Assembly (NCBI RefSeq): GCF_001194135.2
Contig: NC_068995.1
Location: 1,036,913-1,100,912, forward strand
Direction: 5' to 3'
DNA: 64,000 nucleotides
Origin: Octopus bimaculoides
Taxonomy: Eukaryota
Both the position numbers and the translations under genes were made by a program. Below, one piece after another: positions 11,497 to 23,580 of the stretch. The notes below the pieces were generated by a model that was not told the DNA's origin, searched no databases, and saw only the letters and a list, made by a program, of their open reading frames with translations. Position 1 is the stretch's first letter; every line of letters starts with the position of its first letter.

Positions 11497-11924
11497 GTAA
11501 GAGAACTTTAATGCATTGCAGTTTCAATCCCAGTTAAGGTTAATTCATTAAGAAAATATCATAAAATGTTTGCTTTCCAATCATGTGATCTTAGGTTCAA
11601 ACCTGACCAAAGTCTTGTGAATGGCTTTGGTAAACAGAACCTGAAAGAACCCTATGGAATGTGTGTGTGTGTGTGTGTGTGTCACCACCAATTCTTAACA
11701 ACTAGTATTGGTTTGTTTTTGTCCCCAACACTCAGCAGTTTAATAAAAGAACCAATCAATGAGTATTGGTGTTGATCCATTAAAACCCTTCATGTTTGTG
11801 CTCCAGCATGGCCTCAGTACACTGGAACAAGTAAAAAATATTATGAGATAAGATCTCAGCAATGGCTTTTTTCTGCTTCATTTCCTCCTCCCCCCCTTTT
11901 CTTTCCCTCTTCTTTTTCTATTCT

Positions 11925-12287
11925 TTTCTTTTACTTGTTTCAGTCATTTGACTGCAGCCATGCTGGAGCACCACCTTTAGTCAAGCAAATCAACCCCAGG
12001 ACTTATTCTTTGTAAGCCTAGTACTTATTCTATTGGTCTCTTTTGCCAAACAGCTAAGTTACGGGGACATAAACACACCAGCTTCTTTGTTGAGCAATGT
12101 TGGGGGACAAACAAAGACACACAAACATATATACACAATACATATATACAACAGGCTTCTTTCAGTTTCCATCTACCAAATCCTCGGTCCGAGGCAATAG
12201 TAGAAGACACTTGCCCAAGGTGCCACGCAGTGGGACTGAACCCAGAACTATGTGGCTGGTAAGCAAGCTACTTACCACACAGCCACT
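11925..12287 (-). mobile_element. Long CORE-type tRNA-SINE (family A) in CNPY2 intron
   Basis: Reverse complement has a tRNA-like head (GTGGCTGTGTGGTAAG..GGTTCAGTCCC), CCTTGGGCAAGTG CORE motif, internal TA/CA microsatellite and 3' GGTGCTCCAGCATGGC..GACTGAAACAAGTAAAAG, collinear with 25205-25590. Confidence 0.85.
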
Positions 12288-12410
12288 TCTAGTATAAAGT
12301 AACTTCATACGTATGTCTGTACAGAGCAGACATGATATTTAGTGTCATCAGATTTGCTCGATTGATTTCCGTCTTTATTATTCTTGTTCTTTTCCCTTCT
12401 TTCGTTCCAG

Positions 12411-12526
12411 TTTGCCGAGTTCTTGTAGGAGAAACAAATTATAGAATAAATCTTGTAGACCCAAAGAAAAAAGTTCAAGTTGGAAGTTTTCGTGTCGACC
12501 CAGACGGTAATCAAAATACACATGAG
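12411..12526 (+). CDS. CNPY2: Canopy homolog 2-like protein, coding exon 2
   Basis: Polypyrimidine tract plus CCAG acceptor. (V)CRVLVGETNYRINLVDPKKKVQVGSFRVDPDGNQNTHE matches the CNPY1/2 signature VDPKK..Q.GSFR..PDG. Donor GAG|GTAAG. Confidence 0.92.
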
Positions 12527-13255
12527 GTAAGGACACCTGCTGGGAATCAGGGGTCAGTTGATGGGGCAGAAAGATCAGGGAATAGAGAATGTGTTGCTAC
12601 TCTTGTTGTTGTTGTTGTGAATTGTTTTCTGACGTAGGATTAGATCTATTCTAGTAATTGTACGACCTCCTTGACCTTTGGTCATTCCTGTTGCAAGCAT
12701 TTGGATCGGGTCTCCAATCTGTGAGTAACTTCCTCCCTTCCTTACAGTGGTTTCAAAGACCCTGAAAAGGGTCATGCCTGCTGCTCTCCCTCTCCTCGCC
12801 AAGCACATAAAATAATATTCAATAATGATCCTTTCTACTCTGGGCACGAGGCTTGTCTGGTGCTTAGTGACTCCAAAAGGGATCAAAGGCAAAGTCAGTC
12901 TCGTTGGGATTTGAACTCAGAACTTAAAGCTGGAAAAATGTCACTAACCATTTTCTCCAGTGTGCTAACGATTCTGCCAGCTTACAAATATAAAACAAAG
13001 AGGACAAACAGACAGACATCTATCTATAAAGATGCTTGACTGGTCAGAAAGAAGCGTGTGGGGAAGGAGTACAGAGTATAAACTTTTGTCAGACAGGGAG
13101 TGCTGTGGATGGAGTTATTTAGAGAAGGTCTACTAGATATTGATGATCAGGAGTACACGGTCAGGAGTTAACTCTTCATTTAATTTGTTTGTTTAATAAA
13201 CAATGGTACCATGCAATATTCTAATTTCACTGGCTTTTTTTATTATATTTTCCAG

Positions 13256-13450
13256 GTTCCATATGGAAGATCCGAGCTTCATTTAGTAGAGATTATGGAA
13301 AATTTGTGTGAGTCTACGAAACATTATGCTGAGACTACAAACAAACTGGGGAAGAAGACCTTAATTCGGACGATGACATACACTGGTGAAGCTGTGTCAC
13401 TCGATGACTTCAAAGTAAATTCTGAACTCTCAGAGAAACTAAAATATATG
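13256..13450 (+). CDS. CNPY2: Canopy homolog 2-like protein, coding exon 3
   Basis: TTCCAG acceptor, 195 nt: VPYGRSELHLVEIMENLC...SELSEKLKYM (compare CNPY2 VPYARSEAHLTELLEEIC...TLKFA). Donor ATG|GTAAG. Confidence 0.93.
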
Positions 13451-13924
13451 GTAAGAGATGCCATCATTGTCTTGATTTTACCAAAACCTATTATTGCTTT
13501 GGTTGTTTGGTTTGCAGTGCCATGGATCTGAGTTTCTTATACAAGGGTTTTGCAAACCAAATGGTTTGGGACCCGGTCCCACTATGTGGCACCCTGTTGA
13601 GTGTTTTTGACTGTAAGCCAGGGCTATGGCTATATGATTAAGAAGTTCGCTTCTCAACCATGTTGTTTCAAGTTCAATCCCATTGCGTGGCTTGTTGGGC
13701 CAGGGTCTTCTATTTCAGCCCCCAAGCAGAAACTGAAGAAGCATGTTTTACATATGTTGGATTGAATTGCCTGAGTTCAGTCCACTCTGCAGGACGAAGG
13801 CCTCCTCATATTCTCTCCACCCAGCCACAGTCTGATGTGGAGGTCGTGAGTGGACTTGAGATCATACTACTTTGATCAGCCCACCCTGCTATACTGGCTT
13901 AGCAGAAGGGTACAGTTTTTTAAA

Positions 13925-14102
13925 CGCTTACCCAGCAGTAATTAAGTCAATTACATCGACCTCAGTGCATAACTGGTACTTTTTTTATCGCCCCTTAAAT
14001 GATGAAAAGTTAAGTCGGCCTCGGTGGAATTGAACTCAAAACGTATAGACGGACAAAAAAAGCGTTAACTATTCCACCTGTCGTGCTCACGATTCTGCCA
14101 GC
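13925..14102 (-). mobile_element. Short tRNA-head SINE (family B)
   Basis: Collinear with the reverse complement of 57919-58120. Further partial copies near 12880-12985, 27720-27835, 38110-38290, 46757-46870, 47095-47240, 51230-51400 and 63560-63730. Confidence 0.75.
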
Positions 14103-14866
14103 ACGTGTGCCAGATAGAGCAAAGTTATCTCCCTTATATCTTTTCTTTCCTCTTCTCTGATTATGTTCTGTAGTAAAGAGCTATGTTCCTTTATGTTTTA
14201 TGTTCTAATCTCGTTTAAATCACCTTTGGCATCTCATAAAATGACGGATCCTTACCTGAACCCTTTAGTTCTGTGATGGTTGAGTGTGGATAAGGCTACC
14301 CTAGAGTGTGTCATCTGCAGTGTAGAGGCAAGGGCAAGTTTGTATGGAAGACCAGTTGTTGTTGTTCTTGCTGCTGCTCTTTCTGTAAATCTTTTTTTCT
14401 TTCTTTTTGCTGATACAAATTAGCTCCGATGTCACATTGTACCATTCACACTCAGGTTCTGTCATTTTGCCATTCAACCATTTGTTATATTAGCAGAGAA
14501 CAATCCAATCAGGCCATTGCATATCTAATGAAGAAAACTGTGTGAAGCCCTTTCAACGGACTAGTTTTGTCGCAGATTGTATCTTGCTGATTCAGCTTAA
14601 AAGTTATATTAAAGTATACTTGAGTGCATGGAATACTCAGCCACAATCTCATCTCCAAACCACGTAATTTAATTAATTGCACATTCACTTAATTAAACAA
14701 CTATATAGTCATTACCAAAACTAATTGAGGATCTGACTCCTCACCAAATTAACACAATGGCACCATACCAGTTGTCCCCTACCATTGTACCAGTGGTCAT
14801 CTTAATACAATACCGTTCCACACCACAACACCCCTGTTAACCTGACCTTTTCTTTTTTTTTTCCAG

Positions 14867-14966
14867 TGTGACAACATCCTGGAGGAATATGAAGAGAAAA
14901 TGATTGAATTATTCCGAAGACTTGACATCAAAGACCATGGCACCAGGTTGTGTCGGGATGTGATGC
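14867..14966 (+). CDS. CNPY2: Canopy homolog 2-like protein, coding exon 4
   Basis: T-rich tract plus CCAG, 100 nt: CDNILEEYEEKMIELFRRLDIKDHGTRLCRDVM+C (compare CESIVEEYEDELIEFF). Donor GC|GTAAGT. Confidence 0.92.
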
Positions 14967-15483
14967 GTAAGTACAACATCCTTCTTCAACTCAGCCTCCT
15001 CCTCCTCCTCTTCCAGTCCCCTCCCCTTCCTCTTCCCTTTACTTAGCTCAAACTAAACCAAAACCCAGTGTCTTTAAATGTGACCCCTTTCACTGCTGTA
15101 TGTTTATATGGATAGATGCAAAACGAGAGAAAGCAAAGAGTGGAGACCTTCAGACGATGAATATTTCATTCTAAACATAGACATTTATATTAACAGGTCC
15201 AACTTACACAAAGTACAAATGATAGAGAAAATGAAAAGGGAGGAAGTAAAGTGTTTTGAGTCCAACAGCTGTTTCTGGGGGCTCAGATCCATCATAATAT
15301 TGGTAGATGTAGTCCATTACAATATGCAGGCCAAAACGGAAGCAATCAACGTTGGATAAATTAAGCCTATCAACCTCCTACTCTGTCTCTATATATTTCT
15401 ATATCATCTCTCCCTCTCTCTCTCTCTCTCTCTATGTATCTGTTTGTTCTTTGCATCTCATACTTTCTTCTTCCTCACTACAG

Positions 15484-15677
15484 GTGTGTGCACATCTGAT
15501 GACATGGAGGTTGAAATGCCAAAAGCCCCGCTCAAGAAAGATGTGGTAGAGGCGGCAGAAGCCAAGAGAAAAGCCAGCAGTGAGGAATCGGATGAAGATG
15601 ATAAAAGTGATGAGGAAACTGACGACGACGATGACGATGATGATGACAAAGACAAGAAGAAAAATGAAGAATTATAA
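15484..15677 (+). CDS. CNPY2: Canopy homolog 2-like protein, last exon with acidic tail and NEEL ER-retention-like signal
   Basis: ACAG acceptor, phase 1: (R)VCTSDDMEVE...DDDDDDDDDKDKKKNEEL*. The exons sum to 723 nt (240 aa plus stop) with six saposin-type Cys in the mature chain. Confidence 0.88.
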
Positions 15678-15962
15678 AAAAGGGGAACGGAGGGGAGGGG
15701 GTTAGATTATTTTTATTTGGGTTTTGTTTTCACTGTAACACTCACTCCTCTCCCACCTCCTCCATCATCACCAACAAGTCTCATTATCATTACTGTTTCT
15801 TGTTATTATTGTAATTAACTCTCTCACTACCCTCTCATCCTCCTCCTCCTCCTCCCTACCTCTTAATAATCTTTTATTTACTGCTGACATTAATTAGCTC
15901 CAACGGAAAAAAAAAGCATAGAAATTTTTACTCACACACACACACACACACACATATATGTA

Positions 15963-15995
<33 letters not shown>

Positions 15996-16005
15996 NNNNN
16001 NNNNN

Positions 16006-16050
<45 letters not shown>

Positions 16051-16675
16051 CATACATACATAAATGTGTATATGCATACATGCATGTGTGTGTATATATA
16101 TAAAATAGGCCCTCCTGTCTCTCTCAACATATGAGTGTCCACTTGATTGACCATTTGGACTTTCTGGTCATTGAATTTGCATGTAAACTGGCTGTGTATT
16201 CCAGGCACATATATCCTTAACATAATTCTCAAGTGTGTCAAATGTACAGTCCATCCAGTAAGCTGCCACACAGTTTCCGCCTGCCCAAGTTCGTTTACAA
16301 GGTTATGGTCAAGCTACCTCCATCCATGGAGACTGATATATCTATGTATGTATGTTTATATTACATGCATTGCTTGAAACTTTTGGCCTTTCAATGACTA
16401 GCTTTACAGGCAGAAATGTGTTGTGTACAGACATCCATACATACATGCATACACACACCTCATTAGTCTGCTTTTTAAATTACACATCAACATCATCATC
16501 ATCATCATAGTAATCATCATTATTATTGTTGTTGTTGTTGTTGCCATTTTTTAATTGACAATGTTGGGCCCAGCAGTATGTACAATACCTTGTAGTATTT
16601 CAATTCATATCCCTTTTTATGTTCTCTGTTCAAATCCTATTCCAGGATTAACAAACTTGAACTGATACAATTACT

Positions 16676-17017
16676 CTTTTACTCGTTTCATTCATTTGAC
16701 TGCGGCCATGCTGGAGCACCGCCTTTAGTCAAGCAAATCAACCCCAGGACTTATTCTTTGGATGCATAGTACTTATTCTATCGGTCTCTTTTGCCGAACT
16801 GATAAGTTACGGGGACATAAACACACCAGCATTGGTTCTCAAGCGATGTTGAGGGGACAAACTCAGACACACAAACACATACATATATACAACGGGCTTC
16901 TTCCAGTTTCCGTCTAACAAATCCACTCACAAGGCTTTGGTCGGCCTGAGGCTACAGTAGAAGACACTTGCCCAAGGTACCACTCAGTGGGAATGAGCCC
17001 GGAACCATGTGGTTGGT
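16676..17017 (-). mobile_element. Long CORE-type SINE (family A)
   Basis: Collinear with the other family A copies and retains many CpGs. Confidence 0.85.
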
Positions 17018-17059
17018 GTGTCCTTCTTAAAAATCATTATCATCAAGAAGGTGACTTAA

Positions 17060-17345
17060 CCTGCAGAATCGTTACTGCACCAGATAAAATGCTTCACAGC
17101 ATTTCTTCTCTGTCTTTGAGTTCAAATCCTGCCAAGGTCAATTTTACCTTTTCAAATCAACTAAGCACTGAGATCAATATAGAAGAAAGAATAATAGTAA
17201 TAATAAATTATTATTTTTTTTAATTCTTAGCCATAAGGCGTTGAGCTGGCAGAATCATTAGTATTTTGTCTGCCGCTACATTCTGAGTTCAAATTCCACC
17301 GAGGTCAGCTTTGCCTTTCATTCTTCTGGAGCCAGTGAAATAAAG
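17060..17345 (+). mobile_element. Two head-to-tail family B SINE copies linked by an (A/T)-triplet tail
   Basis: GCAGAATC..GAGTTCAAAT..TTTACCTTT motifs occur twice, separated by AATAATAGTAATAATAAATTATTATT. A second degenerate pair lies at 18170-18530. Confidence 0.7.
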
Positions 17346-19934
17346 AACAAAAGAAATACACGTGGCTTGTGGGGAAAGTCTCTTACCCCACCCCACCACC
17401 CAGCTCCCATCTGTAATCCTTTTCAAGCCTTCCACCTGCTTTACAGATGCTACTGTAAAGCACCCAACTAGATGTCTTACAGATTTCTGCATTCGGTCCT
17501 TCCTTGGTCAGTTGCAGTGTTTTATCTGTCTGCAGTTGATATAAAGATACCAGTAATTATACTGGGAAGGGGAAACATTCTCATCGACTTCACATCCCTC
17601 CCTTCCCTCCTATAAATGTTCTGGTTTTATGCCCCACCAAAAAAATATATATTTTAATGTTAAAAGAACCCTAGGGAAATGCATGAACATCACAAACTCT
17701 CAAAACACTTTCTCTGTGCTGCTGTTGTTGCTGCTGCAGGTTGTTTTAGTTTTGTATTTCCTGACCAAAGGGGTTCCAACCATGATTATCTCCTGTTAAG
17801 AGATAGTTTAGGGATCAAACACTACATCACTATCCAATGTGTTCTTCCATTTTTAATGTGGTAGGGTGTGATATATGAGAGAGATTTGACTGCTATTTCT
17901 TGCAAATACAAGCTCCCTCAGTGGAGGAGGAAGTGAGTTTGTTGTTTATTTTTCCGTTTGGGGTTTTTTATTTGTTTTTTTTTCTTCATGTTGATATACT
18001 AATTACATAATTAGTAATGTAAAGAAAAAACAATAATAAGGATTTCTCATGAAAAAGAAGTTTAAAAAAGAAATGAGTGTTTTGTGTTGTTGTTGCATTG
18101 TCTTCCATGATGTGGAATCGTTAAAATGTCAACCAAAAGGACTTTCACTATTTAATTTACGATCCATTATGATCTGAGTTCAAATCCTGCCATGCACATC
18201 CAGGATTACTTTACTTTTCATCCTTCCGGGGGTCAATATAATAGAGTACCAGTCACATACTAGGGTCGATATAATCAACTGCTCTCTTCTCCTAAAAATT
18301 TGAGGCTTTGTGCCCCTGTAAAAAAATTAGTAAGACAATAAGTATATTGAAATAGCAGAATCATTGGAGCATTAGACAAAGTGCCTTGTGGTAATTGATC
18401 CAGCTATTTACATTCTGAATTCAAAATCCCACCAAGATTAACTTTGCCTTTCATCTTTTGGGGATTAATAAAATACAGCACCAGTTGAGTACTGAGGTTG
18501 TTGTTATCGACTGCCCCCCCCCCTATTGTCTATTTACCTTTGTGAGGAGTTACATTGATCCTTTTAAAATATCATTATTATTATTACCAATATTTCTATC
18601 AGACAAAATGCAGGTACAAAACCACATTGTAGAGATGTGGTTGTGTGGCAAGTGTTTTGCTCATTGAAACCCTAAAATGATTGCAGCACAGAAGACAGGA
18701 GTTGGCCATTCAGAAACACACAAAGACTACTTTAACTCCACTGAAACATTTATTGTTTGTAATCCTGACTCCAAACTCTGACTTGATCACTGCTAGACAC
18801 AGCACAGTTTTTTTTTTTTGTCAGTGTCTGAGGTTGCAGTTTCAAGCAACAGGAATTTTGACATCACTTAAATGTTCAAGTGAAACTGGTGGTCTTTCGC
18901 TTTCTGAATGGTTAAATTGTCTGTGACACAGCAATCGTTTTAAAGTAATTTTCCTTTCTAAATTCTGAGTTCTAATCCTATTAAGGCCAACAGTCCATGA
19001 TGCATTTTGGGGCAGGACAATATAATCAGCTTTATTCACCCTTCCTAGTCTTGGCCTTCGTTGTTTAATCCCAGATTATCTCTGATCAAACAGATCTATG
19101 ATCATTTGCATTCCAACCATAACCATCCCAGTGTTTCTTCTTTCAAAAGTGAAGGATGTGTCATCTTTAACTTTTTAAAGACTACAAGCTGCTATTTCTA
19201 GCAGGGGACCACATAGTTCTGTTCTTGATTGTTTGGGAATCAGTGTTCTTGTCGAACCAGAATTTAAAAAACTCGTACCAATTCTTCAGAATTAAAACAA
19301 ATTCTTCATTTTGAAAACAAATCTCACATTTTGTATCATCAATGATCATTGTCCACCTCGGCAAAGGCATGAACCCCACATTTCGTCTCTTATGCTATCG
19401 CTATCGCTATCTCTTCCCCAATGCCACCACTTCATTGTTTATGAAAGCAGAAGTTGTGGTCGTCATTGTTGTTGTTGCTGTTGTTGACCTAACAAAACTG
19501 ATGTTTATTTATTTGGAGCAAATCCTGCATTTGTCAAAGTGTGTGGTGCCACCATTATTTTTGTCTTTATTGTTGTCTTCACCTCAGCATCATCATCTCC
19601 GTATCAATTTGATGGAGAAAGTGCAAAAGGAGAGGTGAAAAAAAAAAAGGAAAGAGAATTGGTTTTGGTTATATTGATTATTGAGATGTATTGATTCATA
19701 GATCAGTTGATTGGGTGGGGGGCTGGGGGATAGAAATAAATATTTTGTTGGGAAGAGGGAAATATTTCAGTTGATGGCTTTGTTAGACCAAAGAACTACA
19801 GAAATATCAATCAGTGGGGATAAATCGATATATATTCAATATAGAAACATTCTTTCTGGTCCTCTGACAAAACAATGAACATGATGATGATGATGATGAT
19901 GATGGTGGTGGTGACTATTCAAATTTGCTGATCA

Positions 19935-20714
19935 TCACTCGTACTCAATACAGTTATCAATAAATGGAGTGATATACTGTGAATGATGAATGCCAAAAGT
20001 GAAAGCAGGTGCTTTCTTCTTTCTGCTATCCCAGACAATTTCATTTCTGTGAGCTCCTGGTCCTGGTTTATTGGTGTTATCTATGGGAAGATTGGTCCAT
20101 GGTCGCATGGTGAATCCAGGGGATTTCTTGTTGACGATGTCAAGATTGGCTGCTTTGTAAGCGGCAGGGCCAGGCGTCTCTGAGAAGTCTTCATAAGGGT
20201 GGCCAAAAATAAACTTAGCTCGCATGGAATAGATTGGTGCTTGTGTTTTGCTGGCGTCGACAGTATGCGTCAATACTGGGGGTAAGGTATATGCGTTAGG
20301 TGCTGGCGTATCATCAGGAACACGTCGAAATGAAGATTTTCCAAAGATGCACCTTGGTTGGCTGGGGTACACGGCACCTGACAGTGTACACTTTATCACA
20401 TCGTAGTCACCGGGTGCTGGAGTTTTGTCTACGTTGTGTTCTTCTCTTCGGCTTTTAATTGAGTACTTTGGGGTACTTTTCAGGCCATCACGGTATACAC
20501 TTGGATTGTCTAACAAATAACAAGGGCCGGGGGTATCTGTGATCAGTCGTTGCTGTGTTCTTAAACCAATATAATAAGCAGGTCTCTTTGGAAAGAGACT
20601 GTTTTTGTCATGGCCCTTGTCCCCCAGCAAAGGGTTCATTTTATAATAAGGACCCGGATTTGTGTAACTTGCATACACGGGTCTCCGCGGTTTAGTCGGA
20701 ATAAACATAGTCAT
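19935..20714 (-). CDS. ODF3: ODF3/CIMAP1-like (SHIPPO-repeat) sperm-tail/ciliary protein, single coding exon, 259 aa
   Basis: Uninterrupted ORF with N-terminal PTKPRRPVYASYTNPGPYY, six PGP/PAP SHIPPO-type repeats (NPGP, TPGP, TPAPG, TPAPN, TPGP, KPGPG) and C-terminal APAFTFGIHHSQY. Length is typical of ODF3, with A at -3 of the ATG. Exact paralog identity is uncertain. Confidence 0.9.
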   Translation of the reverse strand: MTMFIPTKPRRPVYASYTNPGPYYKMNPLLGDKGHDKNSLFPKRPAYYIGLRTQQRLITDTPGPCYLLDNPSVYRDGLKSTPKYSIKSRREEHNVDKTPAPGDYDVIKCTLSGAVYPSQPRCIFGKSSFRRVPDDTPAPNAYTLPPVLTHTVDASKTQAPIYSMRAKFIFGHPYEDFSETPGPAAYKAANLDIVNKKSPGFTMRPWTNLPIDNTNKPGPGAHRNEIVWDSRKKKAPAFTFGIHHSQYITPFIDNCIEYE

Positions 20715-21187
20715 GATGAAGTTTTACTCACTTGATACTGGGTCAGGGGAAAAAAATGGATATCCTCAATTCAAGCAATTTGTAGAGGCATGGGGGGTCG
20801 TGGGGGCATGTTGTACAAGCAGTGGGTCCTGCAAAGAGAAGAAAATTTATGAGAACATGAAGTAAATAAATGAATAAAAGTTCTCTCCAACACACACAGA
20901 CACAAACCAATGAGGGAACCTCTACGTGGTCTTTTAACTTGCTAGAACTAACAGCTAAACCACCCTCCAGCCATATCCTAGGGTCTTTATAAACATTACA
21001 TATGATACTGTAATTCCAGAGACACTCTTTGACAAAACTAAAATGCTCTATTTCTGATCATGGTCCTACTTAAAGTAGCTTTGCCTAGGGTTCAACAACA
21101 ACAACACATACAATCAAGGTTCATTAAAAATATAATGAATGACAGTAAATGATTTCAATTAACTCCTTTATCAACAAATATTTGATA

Positions 21188-21197
21188 CAAGATGGCG
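21188..21197 (+). promoter_or_regulatory. YY1-like motif CAAGATGGCG about 470 bp upstream of the ODF3-like ATG
   Basis: Same ACAAGATGGCGA string as at 5206-5217. Position is suggestive only. Confidence 0.25.
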
Positions 21198-21262
21198 ATT
21201 TTGAATTTAGAAAACAAATTTGAATGATGCAAGTTTCATTTCCATATATTTATGTATGTGTA

Positions 21263-21312
<50 letters not shown>

Positions 21313-21439
21313 TATTGAAATGAAATTTCAAGCTCTGTTTTATATANNNNNNNNNNGATATACTTATATTTTTTTATAAAACTATACATATGTTTCAGCC
21401 CCAAGGCTGTGGTCATGCTGGAGCACCGCCAGTGTAATC

Positions 21440-21830
21440 ACCTTTTCAATGGCCAATATCATGTGAAGAAGGGAGTTCAACACTGCTGCCATCTTTTGAG
21501 TTTCCTGCCTTGATATAAGGTCATCTGCGACCTTGGATAGCAGGAGGTGAAGCTGTTTCTTAAAAACATCTACCCCCTACTCCATGAAGGTCCCTCAGAT
21601 GTTTTGGCAAGGCGTTAAATAGCTGTGGGCCCTTGAATACCGAACTATTGTAGTACATGGTCCTCACCTCTAAATAGAACAGCTGCAACCTTTGAAACAG
21701 TGTAGTGACGTTCACTTTGGGGGTGGGGTGGGGCTGATACCAAAGCTTGGTGCCAACCCCTCCAGGATCTTCTATACATATACCCCACTGCATACCTCTC
21801 TCATCTTTGCTCCAGGGAGTAGAGTCATGG
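21440..21830 (-). mobile_element. CR1-group LINE ORF2 3' end fragment
   Basis: ORF 21560..21793 includes FKGPQLFNALPKHLRDLHGV, followed after a frameshift by VFKKQLHLLLSKVADD, typical of CR1/Crack/Daphne C-termini. Confidence 0.75.
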
Positions 21831-22299
21831 CTCTTCCAGTCTCTCCCAACAGCTCAACTCTTCCAATCATACTATCTTCTCTCTATCTATCTCTGTTTTT
21901 CTTTCTCTGCCTCTCTCTCTCTCTCTCTCTGTTTTTCTCTCTTTTCTCTAGCTCCTTCTTTCTCTCCCCTATCTACCTTTCTCTGTCTCACTCCTTGTAT
22001 CTCTCTCTTTCTCTTTATGTTTCTGTATAAAACTAAACTAGTATTGAAGTATCGGTGCTTGGACAATGCAGAGGACTTTCTGGGTTATAACGATATTGGA
22101 ATACGCGTGTTTTGTGGGTTCAATCCCACTACACGGCTTTGAGTCGAACAATGCCTTCTGAGAGAAATTTAAAAGACAGAAATTGTCTGGAAGCCTATTT
22201 GAATGCAAGCATGGAGACTGATGTAAGTCCAAGCGGAGTAACTCACTTTAAAGGGAAGTAACTTCAATAAACTTAAAGCCTTTCATAAACTAATAACTA

Positions 22300-23580
22300 C
22301 GCTTGAGTGCTACAGCATGGCCACGAAAATCAGCTACGCACGCGTCCGTCCGATGTCTCTGCATGCAGTCAAACCATATACATTGCACTTAGAGAAACGC
22401 ATCACTTTGTAGGCATAAATGATGTGGAAATGCGGTCCAAACAGAATGGAGTCCAGCTGGAATTGCGATGGGCATCCGTTAAGATGTCACACCATTAACT
22501 CTGTTGACACATTCAAATTTGGTCTGTTTCGAAAAATAATGGTGAATTTAAGGATAGCCTCAGACGACGCACAGAAGTGGTATTGATAAACCCGGGCGAC
22601 CGCATTAATATACTTCTTCAAGATGACTTCAGCCTCCGAAATGTCAAATAACCTTACGGGCCACATCCTCCCTGAGATGTCGCTGCATGAATAATGGCAT
22701 GCAGAATCATTACTCGAACTTTCTAGTGGGTTGTTCATGGATCAAGTGATACTCCAACCAGCCAGGGGCAACAAAATTCTGTATCTCTCCTTCACAAATA
22801 ATATCGATTTATCCATAATGTCAAAGTGACGTACTGTAGATCTAACGATGAATGATCCTAGTCGAACTATCGGCATCTATTGTATAAGGACTCCAGCCAT
22901 ATTCAGCTTGAATTTCCTTAAAACAAACTGGAAATCAATCCGCAAAGAGATCCACAAACAAAACTGGACCGACGGTCTGTCTGTGGAAGACAAAGAGTTG
23001 AAACTTAATTTATGTCGACAGTGCAAGCTGTTCGCGTTAAATATGTCCCAGAAAACAAAAACACCAGCACACCCAAAAATAAAGTCTTCAGAGATAAGTC
23101 TGGTGGACTCTCTCATGAAAAGAAAAGAGGAAAAGCGACAGAGACAGACAGGCAGAGTGGGGGAGGGAAGAGCTGTGAAAAGCATAAAAACAATCCCTAA
23201 AGCTTTCTGTATATTTGCAAAGCAATCTGTGCAAAATGGGGACGTTGTTCCAATGGCACGGTTCACTGACTGCGGCCCCAAAAACGGATAAGTGAGGTGC
23301 TCAGTGAACAATGTAAAAGTGTCTTCCCCTTAATAAGCCAGCTGAGTTGTTTGACATTTACAGGTCTTCAGAGCCATTGATGACCTCAACACTTAGGAAG
23401 CAGATATCACAGTGGTCAGAGACGGAATGAGCTTAAACTCAGCAACTGAGCCCAACGGTTTCCCAGCTATTCTCTTGAAATCATGTAAGTAAGCTTTAGC
23501 GAAACCCCTTCAGACATTTTCCCGGAGTTTCCTCGCAAGTGGAAAAGCTTCCTAAAAAGCTAAAAAGAAGTAATTATATG
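22300..23580 (+). mobile_element. Degenerate CR1-group LINE ORF2 (APE endonuclease end to start of RT)
   Basis: Manual translation: NILLQDDFSL (GDFN-like), DQVILQPARGNKILYLSFTNN (PTR..NILDL.FTN motif), FSLNFLKTNWKSIRKE, IKTIPKAFCIFAK, SATEPNGFPAILLKSCK*ALAKPL (GPDG-like). Multiple stops. Confidence 0.75.

Noticed and set aside
20715-20737. Donor-like GTGAGT just upstream of the ODF3-like ATG on minus
   Set aside because: Using it would remove the conserved N-terminus, and no matching acceptor or upstream coding exon was found.
21080-21100. Possible RFX X-box upstream of the ciliary ODF3-like gene
   Set aside because: Only a partial match to GTNRCC-N-RGYAAC, not distinguishable from chance.
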